Part shown: positions 19,543 through 30,019 of the stretch, in pieces
Numbering within the stretch: position 1 is the first letter of the stretch
Layout of the letters: each line of letters begins with the position of its first letter
Assembly (NCBI GenBank): GCA_964490795.1
Contig: CAZBDY010000001.1
Span: forward strand, 24,806-88,805
Length of the DNA: 64,000 nt
Reading direction: 5' to 3'
Origin: Candidatus Woesearchaeota archaeon
Lineage (GTDB): Archaea > Nanobdellota > Nanobdellia > Pacearchaeales > GW2011-AR1
Position numbers and translations under genes: made by a program
Notes under the pieces: model-generated
What the model was told of the DNA's origin: nothing
What the model saw: the letters and a program-made list of their open reading frames with translations, nothing else
Database searches by the model: none

Positions 19543-20223
19543 CTACTTTTTAGTTTTCTGAACTACTTCTTCTGTCTCTTCTTCAACAGCCCTTTCTTCT
19601 TCACTTGAAAAAAAATCAATAATTAAAAACAAGAACCTCATGAAAATTTCTAAACCAGCAATAAAAACAAGATAAATTAAAATATGATTAAACAAACTAG
19701 GAATTTCAGAAAATCTAGTAATCAATTTAGCTATAGAAAAAAATTCAGGGTTTAATAAAAAAATAGCTAAAACAGTAAAAGGAAACATTTTAGCTAAATC
19801 TTTTGATAAACTAGTAGAGTAATAAGCAGAGATTCTTGTGGCAGCCACTATAGCCCCTGTAATTAGTAAAATATGGCTTACAGACCTTGATTCAGATAAT
19901 ATTAATAAGAAAATTGCTAATATAGAAAACCAAAAAAATACAAGAATAGGCATTACAATAACATATTCTAATAAAAATAATAAAGATGCAATAAATTTAT
20001 TCCATATAGGATGTTCTGTCTTATTATAACCTCCTAAATTCATTTTAATTATATTTTTCCTAGCTAAAAACTTGTAAAATTTCCATATAAAAATAGCATA
20101 AACAGCAATAATAACAGTATATAATATTAATACAACTAAGGGTTTATATGTTTCAGGAATTTGTTGAGTAAAAGATGTAGAAATTCCTGTCAAAGTTTCA
20201 TTTATAATATTACCAGCATCCAT
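19543..20223 (-). CDS. polytopic membrane protein, unknown
   Basis: 226 aa with several TM helices and an acidic C-terminal tail. Confidence 0.4.
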   Translation of the reverse strand: MDAGNIINETLTGISTSFTQQIPETYKPLVVLILYTVIIAVYAIFIWKFYKFLARKNIIKMNLGGYNKTEHPIWNKFIASLLFLLEYVIVMPILVFFWFSILAIFLLILSESRSVSHILLITGAIVAATRISAYYSTSLSKDLAKMFPFTVLAIFLLNPEFFSIAKLITRFSEIPSLFNHILIYLVFIAGLEIFMRFLFLIIDFFSSEEERAVEEETEEVVQKTKK

Positions 20224-20426
20224 TTTTCCTCTTTATTTCCTCTTTTATTTGTTATCTTATGCTTTTTCTTATTTATATATCTTTTTATATAACATTTAAA
20301 AATGCGGGAAGTATCAAGAGCACATTTAAAAATGCGGGAGAAAGTCCTTAACAATCAAAGATTCTTGGGAACTTAAACTCTTGCAAGTTTAAGTGATTCT
20401 CACCTTACAGGTTCGAATTTAATTTA

Positions 20427-20510
20427 TGCGGGAGAAAGGATTCGAACCTTCGTAGGCACTAAGCCACAGGATCTTAAGTCCTGCCCGTTTGACCGCTCCG
20501 GCACTCCCGC
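20427..20510 (-). tRNA. tRNA-Leu (anticodon UAA), type II with long variable arm
   Basis: Manual fold on the minus strand: acceptor GCGGGAG/CUCCCGC, anticodon stem CAGGA/UCCUG with loop CUUAAGA, T-arm GAAGG-UUCGAAU-CCUUU, discriminator A. Confidence 0.7.
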
Positions 20511-20663
20511 CCAATATTTTGACAAGTGATTATTAGTTTATATTATTTTCGAGTCAAGATATGAACATATTTTTTAAATTAAATAAAGACTTATAAAACT
20601 TTTGAAAGTGGATTTGATTTTTAAAAAGAAAAATTTTAAAAACTATAAATTCAAAATAAAATT

Positions 20664-20879
20664 ATGGGAGCAAAAGAATTACAAGAGAGGATGGAAGAAA
20701 TTCAGAAAAACAATTCTTTTGAAGGAGCTTTTTCTAAACTTGTTTCAGGAGGAAAAGCAGGATATAAAGCAGCAATTGAAAAACCAAGAGAATTTAATAA
20801 GTGTAAGGAATGTGGAAATATCTTATCTGGGCAAGAAAAATTCTGTCCTGAATGCGGATTTAAGGTTAATCAGGATTAA
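20664..20879 (+). CDS. small zinc-ribbon protein
   Basis: CKECGN...CPECG double CxxC; preferred over the overlapping alternative frame 20602..20916. Confidence 0.4.
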   Translation: MGAKELQERMEEIQKNNSFEGAFSKLVSGGKAGYKAAIEKPREFNKCKECGNILSGQEKFCPECGFKVNQD

Positions 20880-21060
20880 TAACTTGTTTTTTATTGTAAT
20901 CATTTTTAGATTCTAAATATTCAATTTTTTAAGCTATTTGGAACCTAGAAAAATTATCTAAGCAAATAATTTAAAAAGTTTAAACAGAAGTTTTGTAAAA
21001 GAGAAAATAAAATTTTTACCAATCAATAACATTTATTAATCTTATTTTATTTTTTCTTAT

Positions 21061-22764
21061 ATGAATACAAAACAACTGATTGTTGATTTAATTGAAAAAG
21101 AGACAAAATTAAAAAAACAAGAAATTAAAAATTTATTAGAAATTCCTCCAAAACCAGAGCTAGGAGATTACTCTTTACCTTGTTTTATTCTTGCTAAAAA
21201 ATTAAAAAAATCACCTGAACAAATAGCTTCTGAGATTTCAAAAAAATTAAAAAAAAGAACAAGAGATTTAGAAGAAATAGAAAATGTAGAATCATTTAAA
21301 GGATATGTTAATTTTCTAATTAATTTAAAAATTTTAGTTCAAGAAATTTTTGATAAAATAGATAATCACAAAACAGACAAGAAAAAGCATAAGATAATAA
21401 TTGACTTTTCAAGTCCTAATGTAGGAAAACCAATGCACATAGGACATATTCGTTCAACTATTTTAGGAGACAGCTTATTAAGGATTTTAGATTTTCAAGG
21501 ATATAATGTAAAGGGAATTAATTATTTAGGAGATATTGGCTTACATATTGGAAAATTAATAGTTGCTTATGAGTTATGGCTTAACAAACAAAAATTAAAA
21601 CAAAACCCAGTAAAAGAATTATTAAGATTATATGTGAAATTTAATGAAAAAGAAGGAACACAATATAAAGAAGGATTAGAAGAGGAATTTCAGGAAAATG
21701 AGTGGACACAAAAGGCAAAAGAAAAATTAGAATTATTAGAAAAAGGAGATAAAAAAGCACATAAAATTTGGCAAGAAATTCAAAAATATTCTAAAAAAGG
21801 GTTTAATGAAGTTTATAAAATTTTAAATGTAAATTTTCATAAAACAACAGGACAATCTTTATTTTCTGAAAAAGGGAAAAAAATAATTATAGAAAATCTA
21901 AAAAAAGGAAAAGCAAAAACACAACAAGATAATGCTGTTTTTGTTGATTTAAAAGAATTTAATCTTCCTAAAAAATATGTATTAAGAAAAAATGGGACAG
22001 CATCTTATATTACCCAAGATATAGGAGCGGCTGTTGAAAGATATAAAAATTATAAATTTGATAAAATGATTTATGTAACTGATTTTAGACAAGAGATACA
22101 TTTTAAACAGCTTTTCAAAATTTTAGAAAAATTTAATTATGGATTTTCAGATAAACTTTTTCATATTGGTTTTGGAACAGTTAATTTTGGAAAACAAATA
22201 ATGAAGACAAGAAAAGGAAAAATCATACTATTAAAAGATGTTTTAAATAAAACAATAGAAAAAGCAAAAAAAGAAATTAAAAAAAGAAAAACTTCTGGAA
22301 ATGCAAAAAAAGTAGGAACCGGAGCTTTAAAATATTCATTTTTAAAAAACATTCCTGAAAAAGATGTGAATTTCTCTTATGAAGAGGCATTAAATTTTGA
22401 AGGAAATACAGGCCCATATTTACAATATAGTTATGCAAGAGCTTCATCTATTTTAAGGAAATCTAAAAAAACAGCAAAATATAACCCAGGAAAAATAATA
22501 GAAATGGAAAAACAGGAAATCAAATTAATAAAAAAATTTGATGAATTTCCAGAAATTATAAATAAAGCAGAACAATTTTTAAACCCAAGTTTAATCTCTA
22601 ATTATTGTTTTGAATTAGCATCTAATTTTAATGAATTTTACTCTTTTTGCCCTGTTATTAATTCAGAAAAAGAAGAATTTAGATTAAAGATAGTTCAAGA
22701 GTTTAGAAAGATTTTATCTAAGTGTTTATATTTGTTAGGTATAGAAGTTATGGAAAGAATGTGA
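21061..22764 (+). CDS. argS: arginyl-tRNA synthetase
   Basis: Class I HIGH region SSPNVGKPMHIGHIRSTILGD, KMSKS-like IMKTRKG, 567 aa. Confidence 0.6.
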   Translation: MNTKQLIVDLIEKETKLKKQEIKNLLEIPPKPELGDYSLPCFILAKKLKKSPEQIASEISKKLKKRTRDLEEIENVESFKGYVNFLINLKILVQEIFDKIDNHKTDKKKHKIIIDFSSPNVGKPMHIGHIRSTILGDSLLRILDFQGYNVKGINYLGDIGLHIGKLIVAYELWLNKQKLKQNPVKELLRLYVKFNEKEGTQYKEGLEEEFQENEWTQKAKEKLELLEKGDKKAHKIWQEIQKYSKKGFNEVYKILNVNFHKTTGQSLFSEKGKKIIIENLKKGKAKTQQDNAVFVDLKEFNLPKKYVLRKNGTASYITQDIGAAVERYKNYKFDKMIYVTDFRQEIHFKQLFKILEKFNYGFSDKLFHIGFGTVNFGKQIMKTRKGKIILLKDVLNKTIEKAKKEIKKRKTSGNAKKVGTGALKYSFLKNIPEKDVNFSYEEALNFEGNTGPYLQYSYARASSILRKSKKTAKYNPGKIIEMEKQEIKLIKKFDEFPEIINKAEQFLNPSLISNYCFELASNFNEFYSFCPVINSEKEEFRLKIVQEFRKILSKCLYLLGIEVMERM

Positions 22765-22767
22765 TTA

Positions 22768-23922
22768 TTATTCTTCAGATTCTAAAGCAAGAAAAGCCCA
22801 CCAAGGTTTCTTTAACTTCACTTTAGCATCTTCATCCTCAGCATCTACTTCAGCTCTAACTTTCATTTTAGTTTTAAACAAACCAAGAATTCTTGCATGT
22901 CTTTCTGTCTGAACTTCATATTTTAATTCAACATTATTTCCTTCATCAGTTTCTTTTAATTCAATAGAACAATTATTACTCTTATTACAATTTCTTATTC
23001 TTAATCTGTTTAAAGCTTTTTCAGAAGCTGTATCTGGCATAACTTTAATTTCAGCATTTCTACCATTTGATAATCTTGCTCTTAATCTTGTTCTGTTTTG
23101 TTCTTGAAGTTCTTCTTGTTCAAGTTCTAAGCTAGTATTAACTTCTGTTTTCTCCATACTAATTGTAATCACATTCCCGCTTCTTCCAGCTTCAATTGTC
23201 ATTTCTCTTCCATTTTCAGTTGGACATGTAACAACAGCCCCACGACAAACACATCCTTCTGGACATTCTGACTCTTTTCTTTTCTGGTAAGGAACAAAAG
23301 TTGATGTTGTTCCTCTTGTTCTTGTTTTGTTTTGAGTTGTTATAGTGCTTTGATTTTCAGCGGGATTGGTTGTATTTTCCTCTCCAGAGCAGTCTGCTAA
23401 TAACTCACATTCACCATCAATACATACTTCATGAACATGCTGCCTTCCATCAGGACAAACCAACTCTATGCAATCATCATCACTTATGCATTCTCGGCTA
23501 TTATTTGTATTAGGACTACCACAATCTTTTTCACAGTTACAGGAGTTTTCATATTCTGAATCACAAACCCCATCACCACAAGCAAGACAAGTTCCAAAAC
23601 TGCCAACACTAAAAGCACAAACACCATTAACTATTTCAGTTGAAGAAAGAGAAGTACCTTCAATAAGTCCTTCACAACATTCATATCCTGGAGACATAGC
23701 TTCTCCTAATTCTACACAACTAAAATTCTCTACAAATTCACTTCCACATTCTCCATTATAAAAAGCCCATAACTCACAACTCTGATTAATATTAAAGATA
23801 CAGTGTGTTGAATTATAAGTATATCCCATATTTTCACAATAAATTGGGGCAGGATTAGGAATAGCTAATACTAAATTAATTAAAAAAATCCCTAAAATAA
23901 ATAAAACCATAACTTTTTTCAT
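22768..23922 (-). CDS. secreted cysteine-rich protein, unknown
   Basis: Signal peptide, more than 30 Cys in repeated CxxC/CxC blocks, acidic C-terminus. Confidence 0.45.
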   Translation of the reverse strand: MKKVMVLFILGIFLINLVLAIPNPAPIYCENMGYTYNSTHCIFNINQSCELWAFYNGECGSEFVENFSCVELGEAMSPGYECCEGLIEGTSLSSTEIVNGVCAFSVGSFGTCLACGDGVCDSEYENSCNCEKDCGSPNTNNSRECISDDDCIELVCPDGRQHVHEVCIDGECELLADCSGEENTTNPAENQSTITTQNKTRTRGTTSTFVPYQKRKESECPEGCVCRGAVVTCPTENGREMTIEAGRSGNVITISMEKTEVNTSLELEQEELQEQNRTRLRARLSNGRNAEIKVMPDTASEKALNRLRIRNCNKSNNCSIELKETDEGNNVELKYEVQTERHARILGLFKTKMKVRAEVDAEDEDAKVKLKKPWWAFLALESEE

Positions 23923-24040
23923 ATTTAAACAAATAACCTAATATTTAAAAACCTTTTCATATATCCCTCAAACCTTATATTTTTATACAACAATACTTAT
24001 ATACAATGTTTTTCTTTATTTATAGCGAGGGATTCAGAAA

Positions 24041-24673
24041 ATGAGAAAAACAGCAAGAGGATTGACTGCATTAGTTTCTGGCATTATGGTTGCTGCACTT
24101 CCTGGATGCAGTGGTGTTGCTTCTAAATTAGGTTACATGCCTGAGGAGGATTATCATAATGCTGTAACTGAAAGAGATAAATCAAGAAAAGAGTATAAAT
24201 CATTAAGTTCAGATTTAGAAACTACTAACAAAGAATTAACAAGTGAACAAGAAAAAGCAAAAAATCTTCAGATAGTTGTAAAAGAACAAATTCAACAAAT
24301 TGAGGGTTTAGAAAAAAGAAAGAAATACTGTATCCCCATTACAGTAGATGGAGTAAGACACGGGTGGGCAACACAAAAAGGGGCAAGGTTATATTATGAC
24401 TTCTTGGCAGAAATAGCAGAAGTTAGAGGACAATCTTTAACAAATATGGAAAAGAAATCTATCTTGCTTGCAACTGATTCCTATGATGGAAAAAGAGACG
24501 GAATTTTAACAGATGAATCAATAGAAGAAGCATATGGGAATTCTGCAGATGAAATCATAAGAAAATATGAAAAATTTATAGCAACCTATCTTCCTTCTGA
24601 AAAAGAAACTTCAGCAGGAATAGCAGGAGTTAAAGCAATGGGAGATGGAATCGAGCCAGGAAAAGAAAGATAA
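24041..24673 (+). CDS. lipoprotein-like protein with coiled-coil region
   Basis: MRKTARGLTALVSGIMVAALPGCSG is a lipobox-like LPGC; codon usage is visibly GC-richer than the neighbours. Confidence 0.4.
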   Translation: MRKTARGLTALVSGIMVAALPGCSGVASKLGYMPEEDYHNAVTERDKSRKEYKSLSSDLETTNKELTSEQEKAKNLQIVVKEQIQQIEGLEKRKKYCIPITVDGVRHGWATQKGARLYYDFLAEIAEVRGQSLTNMEKKSILLATDSYDGKRDGILTDESIEEAYGNSADEIIRKYEKFIATYLPSEKETSAGIAGVKAMGDGIEPGKER

Positions 24674-24707
24674 CTAATCTTAAAAACCTGTTTCTAATTA
24701 AAATTTT

Positions 24708-25997
24708 ATGAAAGAAAATAGTTATGTATATTTTGAAACTTATGGATGTACAGCTAATCAAAATAATACTGAAATAATGAAATCTCTCTGCTTAGAATCA
24801 GGACTACAAACAACTTCTAATCTAAATATAGCTGATATAATAATTATTAATACATGCATAGTAAAAGGAAAAACAGAAAAAAAGATAGAAAGAAGAATTT
24901 ATGATTTGTTAAAAAATCAGAAAAACAAACCAATAATAGTTGCAGGCTGTATGCCAGAAGTAAGGAAAAACAAACTTCAAAATAAAAATCTTTATTTGTT
25001 AGGAACACATCATTTTAAAGAGATAACAAGATTAATTAAGGCAATAATAGAAAAAAAATATAATCAAGATTATTTTACTGATTTTAAAAATGAAGAAAAA
25101 TTGCTGACAGGAAAAATCCCTCAAAATTCTAAAATATCAATAATACAGATTTCAGAAGGCTGTCTTGGAAACTGCTCTTTTTGTTTAACAAGAAAAGCAA
25201 AAGGAAAATTATGTTCTTATTCACAAAAAAATATTTTAAACCAGATAAAATCAGATTTAAATTTTTGTAAAGAAATATGGATAACAAGTCAAGATAATGC
25301 CAGTTATGGATTAGATTCAGGAAAAAGAAAACTTCCTGAATTATTAAAAGAAATTTTAAAATTAAAAGGGAATTTTAAAATCCGTCTTGGAATGTCAAAT
25401 CCAGAAAATGTTCTTCCTATTTTAGATGAGCTAATTGAGATTTATAAAAACAAAAAAATGTATAAATTTCTTCATATTCCTATTCAATCTGGTTCAAATG
25501 AAATATTAAAAAAAATGAATAGAAAATATTGTATAAAAGATTTCTTAAAAATAGTTAGAAAATTTAAAAATAATTTTCCTAATTTAGTTTTATCAACTGA
25601 CATAATAGTTGGATTTCCACAAGAAACAGAAAAAGATTTTAGCAAAACTTTAGATATAATTAAAAAAACATCTCCTGACTTAATGAATATCTCAAGGTTT
25701 TGGGCAAGAAAAGGAACTAGAGCAGAAAAATTTAAACAAATCCCAGTAAATATAATTAAAAAAAGATTAGAAAAAATATTTAATTTACATAAAAAACAAT
25801 CTTTAGAAAATTATAAAAAATTATTAGGAAAAAAATTAAAATGTTTAGTTAGTCAAAAACAAGAAAACCAATTAATAGCAAGAGATGAAAGTTATAGAAT
25901 AATAATTTTAAACACAAATAAAAAATTATTAGGAAAAAAAGTTAATGTCAAGATAATCAAATCAGGAATACATTATTTAGTGGGAGAAGTTATTTGA
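24708..25997 (+). CDS. radical-SAM methylthiotransferase (MiaB/RimO/MtaB family; likely tRNA ms2-modification enzyme)
   Basis: N-terminal MTTase domain (YFETYGCTANQ...), radical SAM CLGNCSFC, C-terminal TRAM-like domain. Confidence 0.7.
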   Translation: MKENSYVYFETYGCTANQNNTEIMKSLCLESGLQTTSNLNIADIIIINTCIVKGKTEKKIERRIYDLLKNQKNKPIIVAGCMPEVRKNKLQNKNLYLLGTHHFKEITRLIKAIIEKKYNQDYFTDFKNEEKLLTGKIPQNSKISIIQISEGCLGNCSFCLTRKAKGKLCSYSQKNILNQIKSDLNFCKEIWITSQDNASYGLDSGKRKLPELLKEILKLKGNFKIRLGMSNPENVLPILDELIEIYKNKKMYKFLHIPIQSGSNEILKKMNRKYCIKDFLKIVRKFKNNFPNLVLSTDIIVGFPQETEKDFSKTLDIIKKTSPDLMNISRFWARKGTRAEKFKQIPVNIIKKRLEKIFNLHKKQSLENYKKLLGKKLKCLVSQKQENQLIARDESYRIIILNTNKKLLGKKVNVKIIKSGIHYLVGEVI

Positions 25998-26802
25998 TTT
26001 TTTTAAACTGATTCCAAGCCAGCTCAAACATTTGTTCTAATGCTTGAGCAAAAAATTCAGTATTTATCCATATACCAATATCATAAGTAGGATGTATTTC
26101 TTTATCATCCATCAACATAAACATAACTTCTTTTGAATCAACAACAACAAATCTCGCCCTTAATCCATGCCCCTCCATATCTTTAACTTCAGCTACTTTT
26201 GATAATTGTTTTGCAATATTTTTATTATCTTTATCAACAGGAGCAGAGATTCTTATTTTTACTTTCCTTTTTTTAGCTTTTTCTAAACTTGGCATTAATG
26301 TCTCTAATTTTCTATTTAACCCATCTCTAGTTGTAACAATAGTAATAGTTTTTTCAGCTCCTCTTATCATCATATCTAAATGGTTGTATAAATTTTGTCT
26401 TCCTCTCATACTTCCACTTAAATCAGAAGGTTCAATATACTTAACACCATCCCCATATAAAGAAGACAGCTCTTCTAAAACTTCTTCTCCTTTTAATTTT
26501 TCAAGTCTTTTTGATTTTTCATCAGCTTGTTTAGATAAATTTCTTTTAACTCTTTCAATAACTTCTTCTGGTTTTAAAGCAACAAACTTAATTGGTTTTC
26601 CTAATTTCATAACAATAAATCCTCTTTTTTCTAAGCTCTCTAAAATATCATATGTTCTTGATCTAGGAACATCAGAAATATTACTTAACTCTCCGGCAGT
26701 TGCAACCCCTCGAGAAAGCAAAGCAGTCCAAACCTTTGATTCATATAAATTCAAATCAAAGATTTTTCTTATCCTGCTTAAAAATTCATCTTTAACAATC
26801 AT
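25990..26802 (-). CDS. TrmB-family transcriptional regulator
   Basis: N-terminal wHTH LYESKVWTALLSRGVATAGELSNISDVPRSRTYDILESLEKRGFIV; 270 aa. Confidence 0.6.
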   Translation of the reverse strand: MIVKDEFLSRIRKIFDLNLYESKVWTALLSRGVATAGELSNISDVPRSRTYDILESLEKRGFIVMKLGKPIKFVALKPEEVIERVKRNLSKQADEKSKRLEKLKGEEVLEELSSLYGDGVKYIEPSDLSGSMRGRQNLYNHLDMMIRGAEKTITIVTTRDGLNRKLETLMPSLEKAKKRKVKIRISAPVDKDNKNIAKQLSKVAEVKDMEGHGLRARFVVVDSKEVMFMLMDDKEIHPTYDIGIWINTEFFAQALEQMFELAWNQFKKIK

Positions 26803-26836
26803 CTTATTTTATATTTCTTTATCTTTATAAACTTTT

Positions 26837-29653
26837 TTATATCTTTTTAAAGGTAACATACACTCTTTTTTCATTAATCTTAAACTCATCAGTATTTTTA
26901 AATGTTTCTTTCTTTTTTTCAGAAATTTTTAATTGACAAGCATTAACTCTTTTTTTCAAAAATTCTTCCTGGTTCTTTAACATGCTTTTTAATTTTTCAT
27001 CAACCATAATTTCAATTTTTATTTTATCTTCTTTAACCAATCCTGCTTTTTTCCTAGAGTTTTGAATTTTTCTTGCTATGCTTCTTGCATAACCCTCTGC
27101 TTCAAGCCCAGGAGTTAATGTTAAATCTAATTTAACTTTAACCTTTTTACCTTTTTTCACAATAACTTTTTTAACATTTAGCTGTCTTTTAATTATCTCT
27201 TTTAAATCTTTATTTAATCTAATATCAGAAACAACTTCAGCTTTTTTTAATGGCCATTTTAATCCCTTTCCTGCCTTATCTCTCTCCCTTAATCCAGCTT
27301 CTATAATCTCTAAAACTTTTTCTATCTGTTTTTCTAATTTTTTATTTATTTTCTTTTCATCTGGTTTTGGAAATGATGTTAAGTGAATTGATTCTTCTTT
27401 TACTATTTTTTCCTGTTTTAAATCCTGCCATATTTTTTCTGTTATGAATGGAGTGATAGGAGCCACTAATTTTATTAAATTAATATAAACTTTTTTCAAA
27501 ACATACTTTGCATTTTTGTCTTCACCCAATCTTTCTCTGACAAACTGAATATACCCTCTTGATAAGTCATTTAACCAGAAATCTTTCAAAGCTCTTGAAG
27601 CTAAATGAGGATGCAAATTTTCTAATTCTGAAATAACTTTTTTTATTAATGAATTTAATTTTGATAATATCCACTTATCTTCTATATTTAATTTCCTTCC
27701 TTCAGAATTTTCAATTAGCTTTGAGATATTAAATAAAATATTAATATTATTTGCTGGTTCTTTTAAAACATTAAATCCAAATCTTAGTTCTTGGCTTGGA
27801 TCTTGCAAACAATAAAACAACCTTAAAGGGCCTGCTCCTACTTTTTCAACAGCATCATCAAACCAAATAGCATTTCCTTTTGATTTGTGCATTTCTTCTC
27901 CTTTTTCATCTTTTAGTGTCTCATAACCAAACAATCTTTTGAAAGGAGCCTTTCCAGTTAAAACAACTGAACTCCAAAATAAAGCATTAAACCACCCCCT
28001 AAATTGTCCAGGCATATTTTCACTTATTAATTCAGCAGGGAACCATTTTTTCCAGTATTTTTTATTTTCTAGATAATTCAGAGTAGAAAAAGGGACAATT
28101 CCTGCATCTAACCATGCATCTCCTACATCTTTAATTCTTTTAACTTCTTTCCCACACTTTTCACATTTAATTTTAATTTCATCTACCCAAGGACGATGAA
28201 TTTCCGGCAAGTTATCAACTTTTTTCTTATTAATTGCTTTTTTCCTTAATTCTTTTAAACTTCCTATAACTTCGATATTCCCACATTCACATTCCCAAAT
28301 TGGAAGAGGGAAGCCCCAAAATCTTTTTCTCGAGATTAACCAATTCCCCATATTATTGAACCAGTCTTTTTGTCTTATTTTCCCATATTTAGGATACCAT
28401 TCAATCTTCTGATTTTCTTGTATCAATTTTTTTCTAAACTTTTCATCACATTTAATATACCATTCATCTACTAATCTAAAAACAAGTTCTTCACCACATC
28501 TCCAACAATGAGGATATCTATGAGGATAATTTTCAATTTTATATACAAATCTTCTTTTTTTTAAATCTTCTAAAACCAGGGAATTTACTTGAGAATGTTT
28601 TTTTAAACTAAACTCATCAAAACCAGAATTATAATTTCCTCCATCATCTAATGGAGAGATGCTGGGGAGATTTTCTTTTTTTCCTAATTCAAAATCTTCT
28701 GCCCCGCATCCAGGGGCAATATGAACAATTCCTGTTCCTTCTTCTTCAGAAGCCAAGTCCCATAATATAACTTTGTGAGGGGAATTTTTTTGTTGTTTTA
28801 AATTAGAATAAGGCATAAGATACTGTTTGTCTTTTAATTTTCTTCCTTTAACTTTTTTTATTATTTGATATTTCCCTTGTAGTTCATTCAATCTTCCTTT
28901 TGCAATCCAATAATAAACTCCCTCTTGTTCAACTTTGACATAATCTAGTTTTTCATTAACAGCAATAGCCACATTAGCAGGTACTGTCCAAGGAGTTGTT
29001 GTAAAAATTAAAAAATAAGTATTGTCTTCATTTTTAACAGGGAATTGCATAAACAATGCCTTATGAATAACTTCTTTATATCCTTCAGTCGCTATATCAT
29101 GTTTTGAGGAAGCTGTTCCGCATCTTCCACACCAAGGGACAACATCTTTTCCTTTGAAAATCCATCCCTTTTCAAAATATTTTTTCATTAAAAACCAATT
29201 ATGTAATTGATTAGAATCAGACATAGTGTAATAAGAATTATCCCAATCCATCCAATATCCAAGTTTTATGCTTTGTTGTTTTTGAATCTCTGAAAATTTT
29301 TCAACTCTTTTTCTGCAAGATTTTACAAATTTTAATATCCCAAATTTTTCAATGTCTTTCTTATTTTTCAATCCTAAATCTTTTTCTTCTCCTCTCTCTA
29401 CCCACAACCCCTGGCAGTCAAAACCGTTTTGATACCTTAAATTATATCCCTGCATTGCTTTAAATCTCTGAAATAAGTCTTTGTAAGTTCTTCCCCATGC
29501 ATGATGCACCCCCATTGGATTATTTGCTGTTATTGGACCATCAAGAAAACTCCAGTTCTTTCCATTAGAATTTTTTCCCTTTAGCTTTTCAAATATTTTT
29601 TTCTTTTCCCAAAATCTCAGAATTTCTTTTTCAACTTCTTGCGGATTATACAT
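26837..29653 (-). CDS. ileS: class Ia aminoacyl-tRNA synthetase, most likely isoleucyl-tRNA synthetase
   Basis: WSFLDGPITANNPMGVHHAWG aligns to IleRS FxFxDGPPFATGxPHYGH; GFDCQGL matches GWDCHGL; NWLISRKRFWGFPLP matches DWCISRQRYWG; KMSKS appears as KMHKSKGN; zinc-knuckle Cys pairs present. Confidence 0.6.
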   Translation of the reverse strand: MYNPQEVEKEILRFWEKKKIFEKLKGKNSNGKNWSFLDGPITANNPMGVHHAWGRTYKDLFQRFKAMQGYNLRYQNGFDCQGLWVERGEEKDLGLKNKKDIEKFGILKFVKSCRKRVEKFSEIQKQQSIKLGYWMDWDNSYYTMSDSNQLHNWFLMKKYFEKGWIFKGKDVVPWCGRCGTASSKHDIATEGYKEVIHKALFMQFPVKNEDNTYFLIFTTTPWTVPANVAIAVNEKLDYVKVEQEGVYYWIAKGRLNELQGKYQIIKKVKGRKLKDKQYLMPYSNLKQQKNSPHKVILWDLASEEEGTGIVHIAPGCGAEDFELGKKENLPSISPLDDGGNYNSGFDEFSLKKHSQVNSLVLEDLKKRRFVYKIENYPHRYPHCWRCGEELVFRLVDEWYIKCDEKFRKKLIQENQKIEWYPKYGKIRQKDWFNNMGNWLISRKRFWGFPLPIWECECGNIEVIGSLKELRKKAINKKKVDNLPEIHRPWVDEIKIKCEKCGKEVKRIKDVGDAWLDAGIVPFSTLNYLENKKYWKKWFPAELISENMPGQFRGWFNALFWSSVVLTGKAPFKRLFGYETLKDEKGEEMHKSKGNAIWFDDAVEKVGAGPLRLFYCLQDPSQELRFGFNVLKEPANNINILFNISKLIENSEGRKLNIEDKWILSKLNSLIKKVISELENLHPHLASRALKDFWLNDLSRGYIQFVRERLGEDKNAKYVLKKVYINLIKLVAPITPFITEKIWQDLKQEKIVKEESIHLTSFPKPDEKKINKKLEKQIEKVLEIIEAGLRERDKAGKGLKWPLKKAEVVSDIRLNKDLKEIIKRQLNVKKVIVKKGKKVKVKLDLTLTPGLEAEGYARSIARKIQNSRKKAGLVKEDKIKIEIMVDEKLKSMLKNQEEFLKKRVNACQLKISEKKKETFKNTDEFKINEKRVYVTFKKI

Positions 29654-29686
29654 TTTATTATTAACTAAATTTTATTTATAAATTTA

Positions 29687-29932
29687 TCATATTGCTGCTC
29701 TGAAAATTTCCCTATAATGAAGTTCTGCAAATCTCCTTAGGTCTAATTGTGTATCTCTCTCTTGATTTCTAAAGTACTTTCTGGCCCCATCGTATTTTCT
29801 ATTATCTACCAATTCTCTAAACATTTCTATTTTTCTTGCTCTCTCTTCTCCTAAATTCCTTACAACTTCATTGAGGGGCATAATTTTATCTGACATTGAA
29901 ATTTCCTGCAATCTCAGAAATAGAGATTGCAA
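29687..29932 (-). CDS. hypothetical protein
   Basis: 81 aa ORF with no recognised motifs. Confidence 0.3.
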   Translation of the reverse strand: MQSLFLRLQEISMSDKIMPLNEVVRNLGEERARKIEMFRELVDNRKYDGARKYFRNQERDTQLDLRRFAELHYREIFRAAI

Positions 29933-30019
29933 TTAAATAATAATAGACATAGCAATAGCTGAACAAATTCTCATTGAAAAATTATTTTCAGCCATAAACA
30001 TTGTTAGAATTAGCAGTTT

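Noticed and set aside
20405-20425. A plus-strand ggttcgaat T-loop-like sequence just downstream of tRNA-Leu
   Set aside because: No complementary T-stem or acceptor stem can be built around it. It is treated as part of the tRNA-flank repeat scar rather than a second tRNA.
20602-20916. 104 aa ORF overlapping the zinc-ribbon ORF in another frame
   Set aside because: It is Lys/Phe-rich low complexity, whereas the alternative frame (20664..20879) encodes a double-CxxC zinc ribbon.
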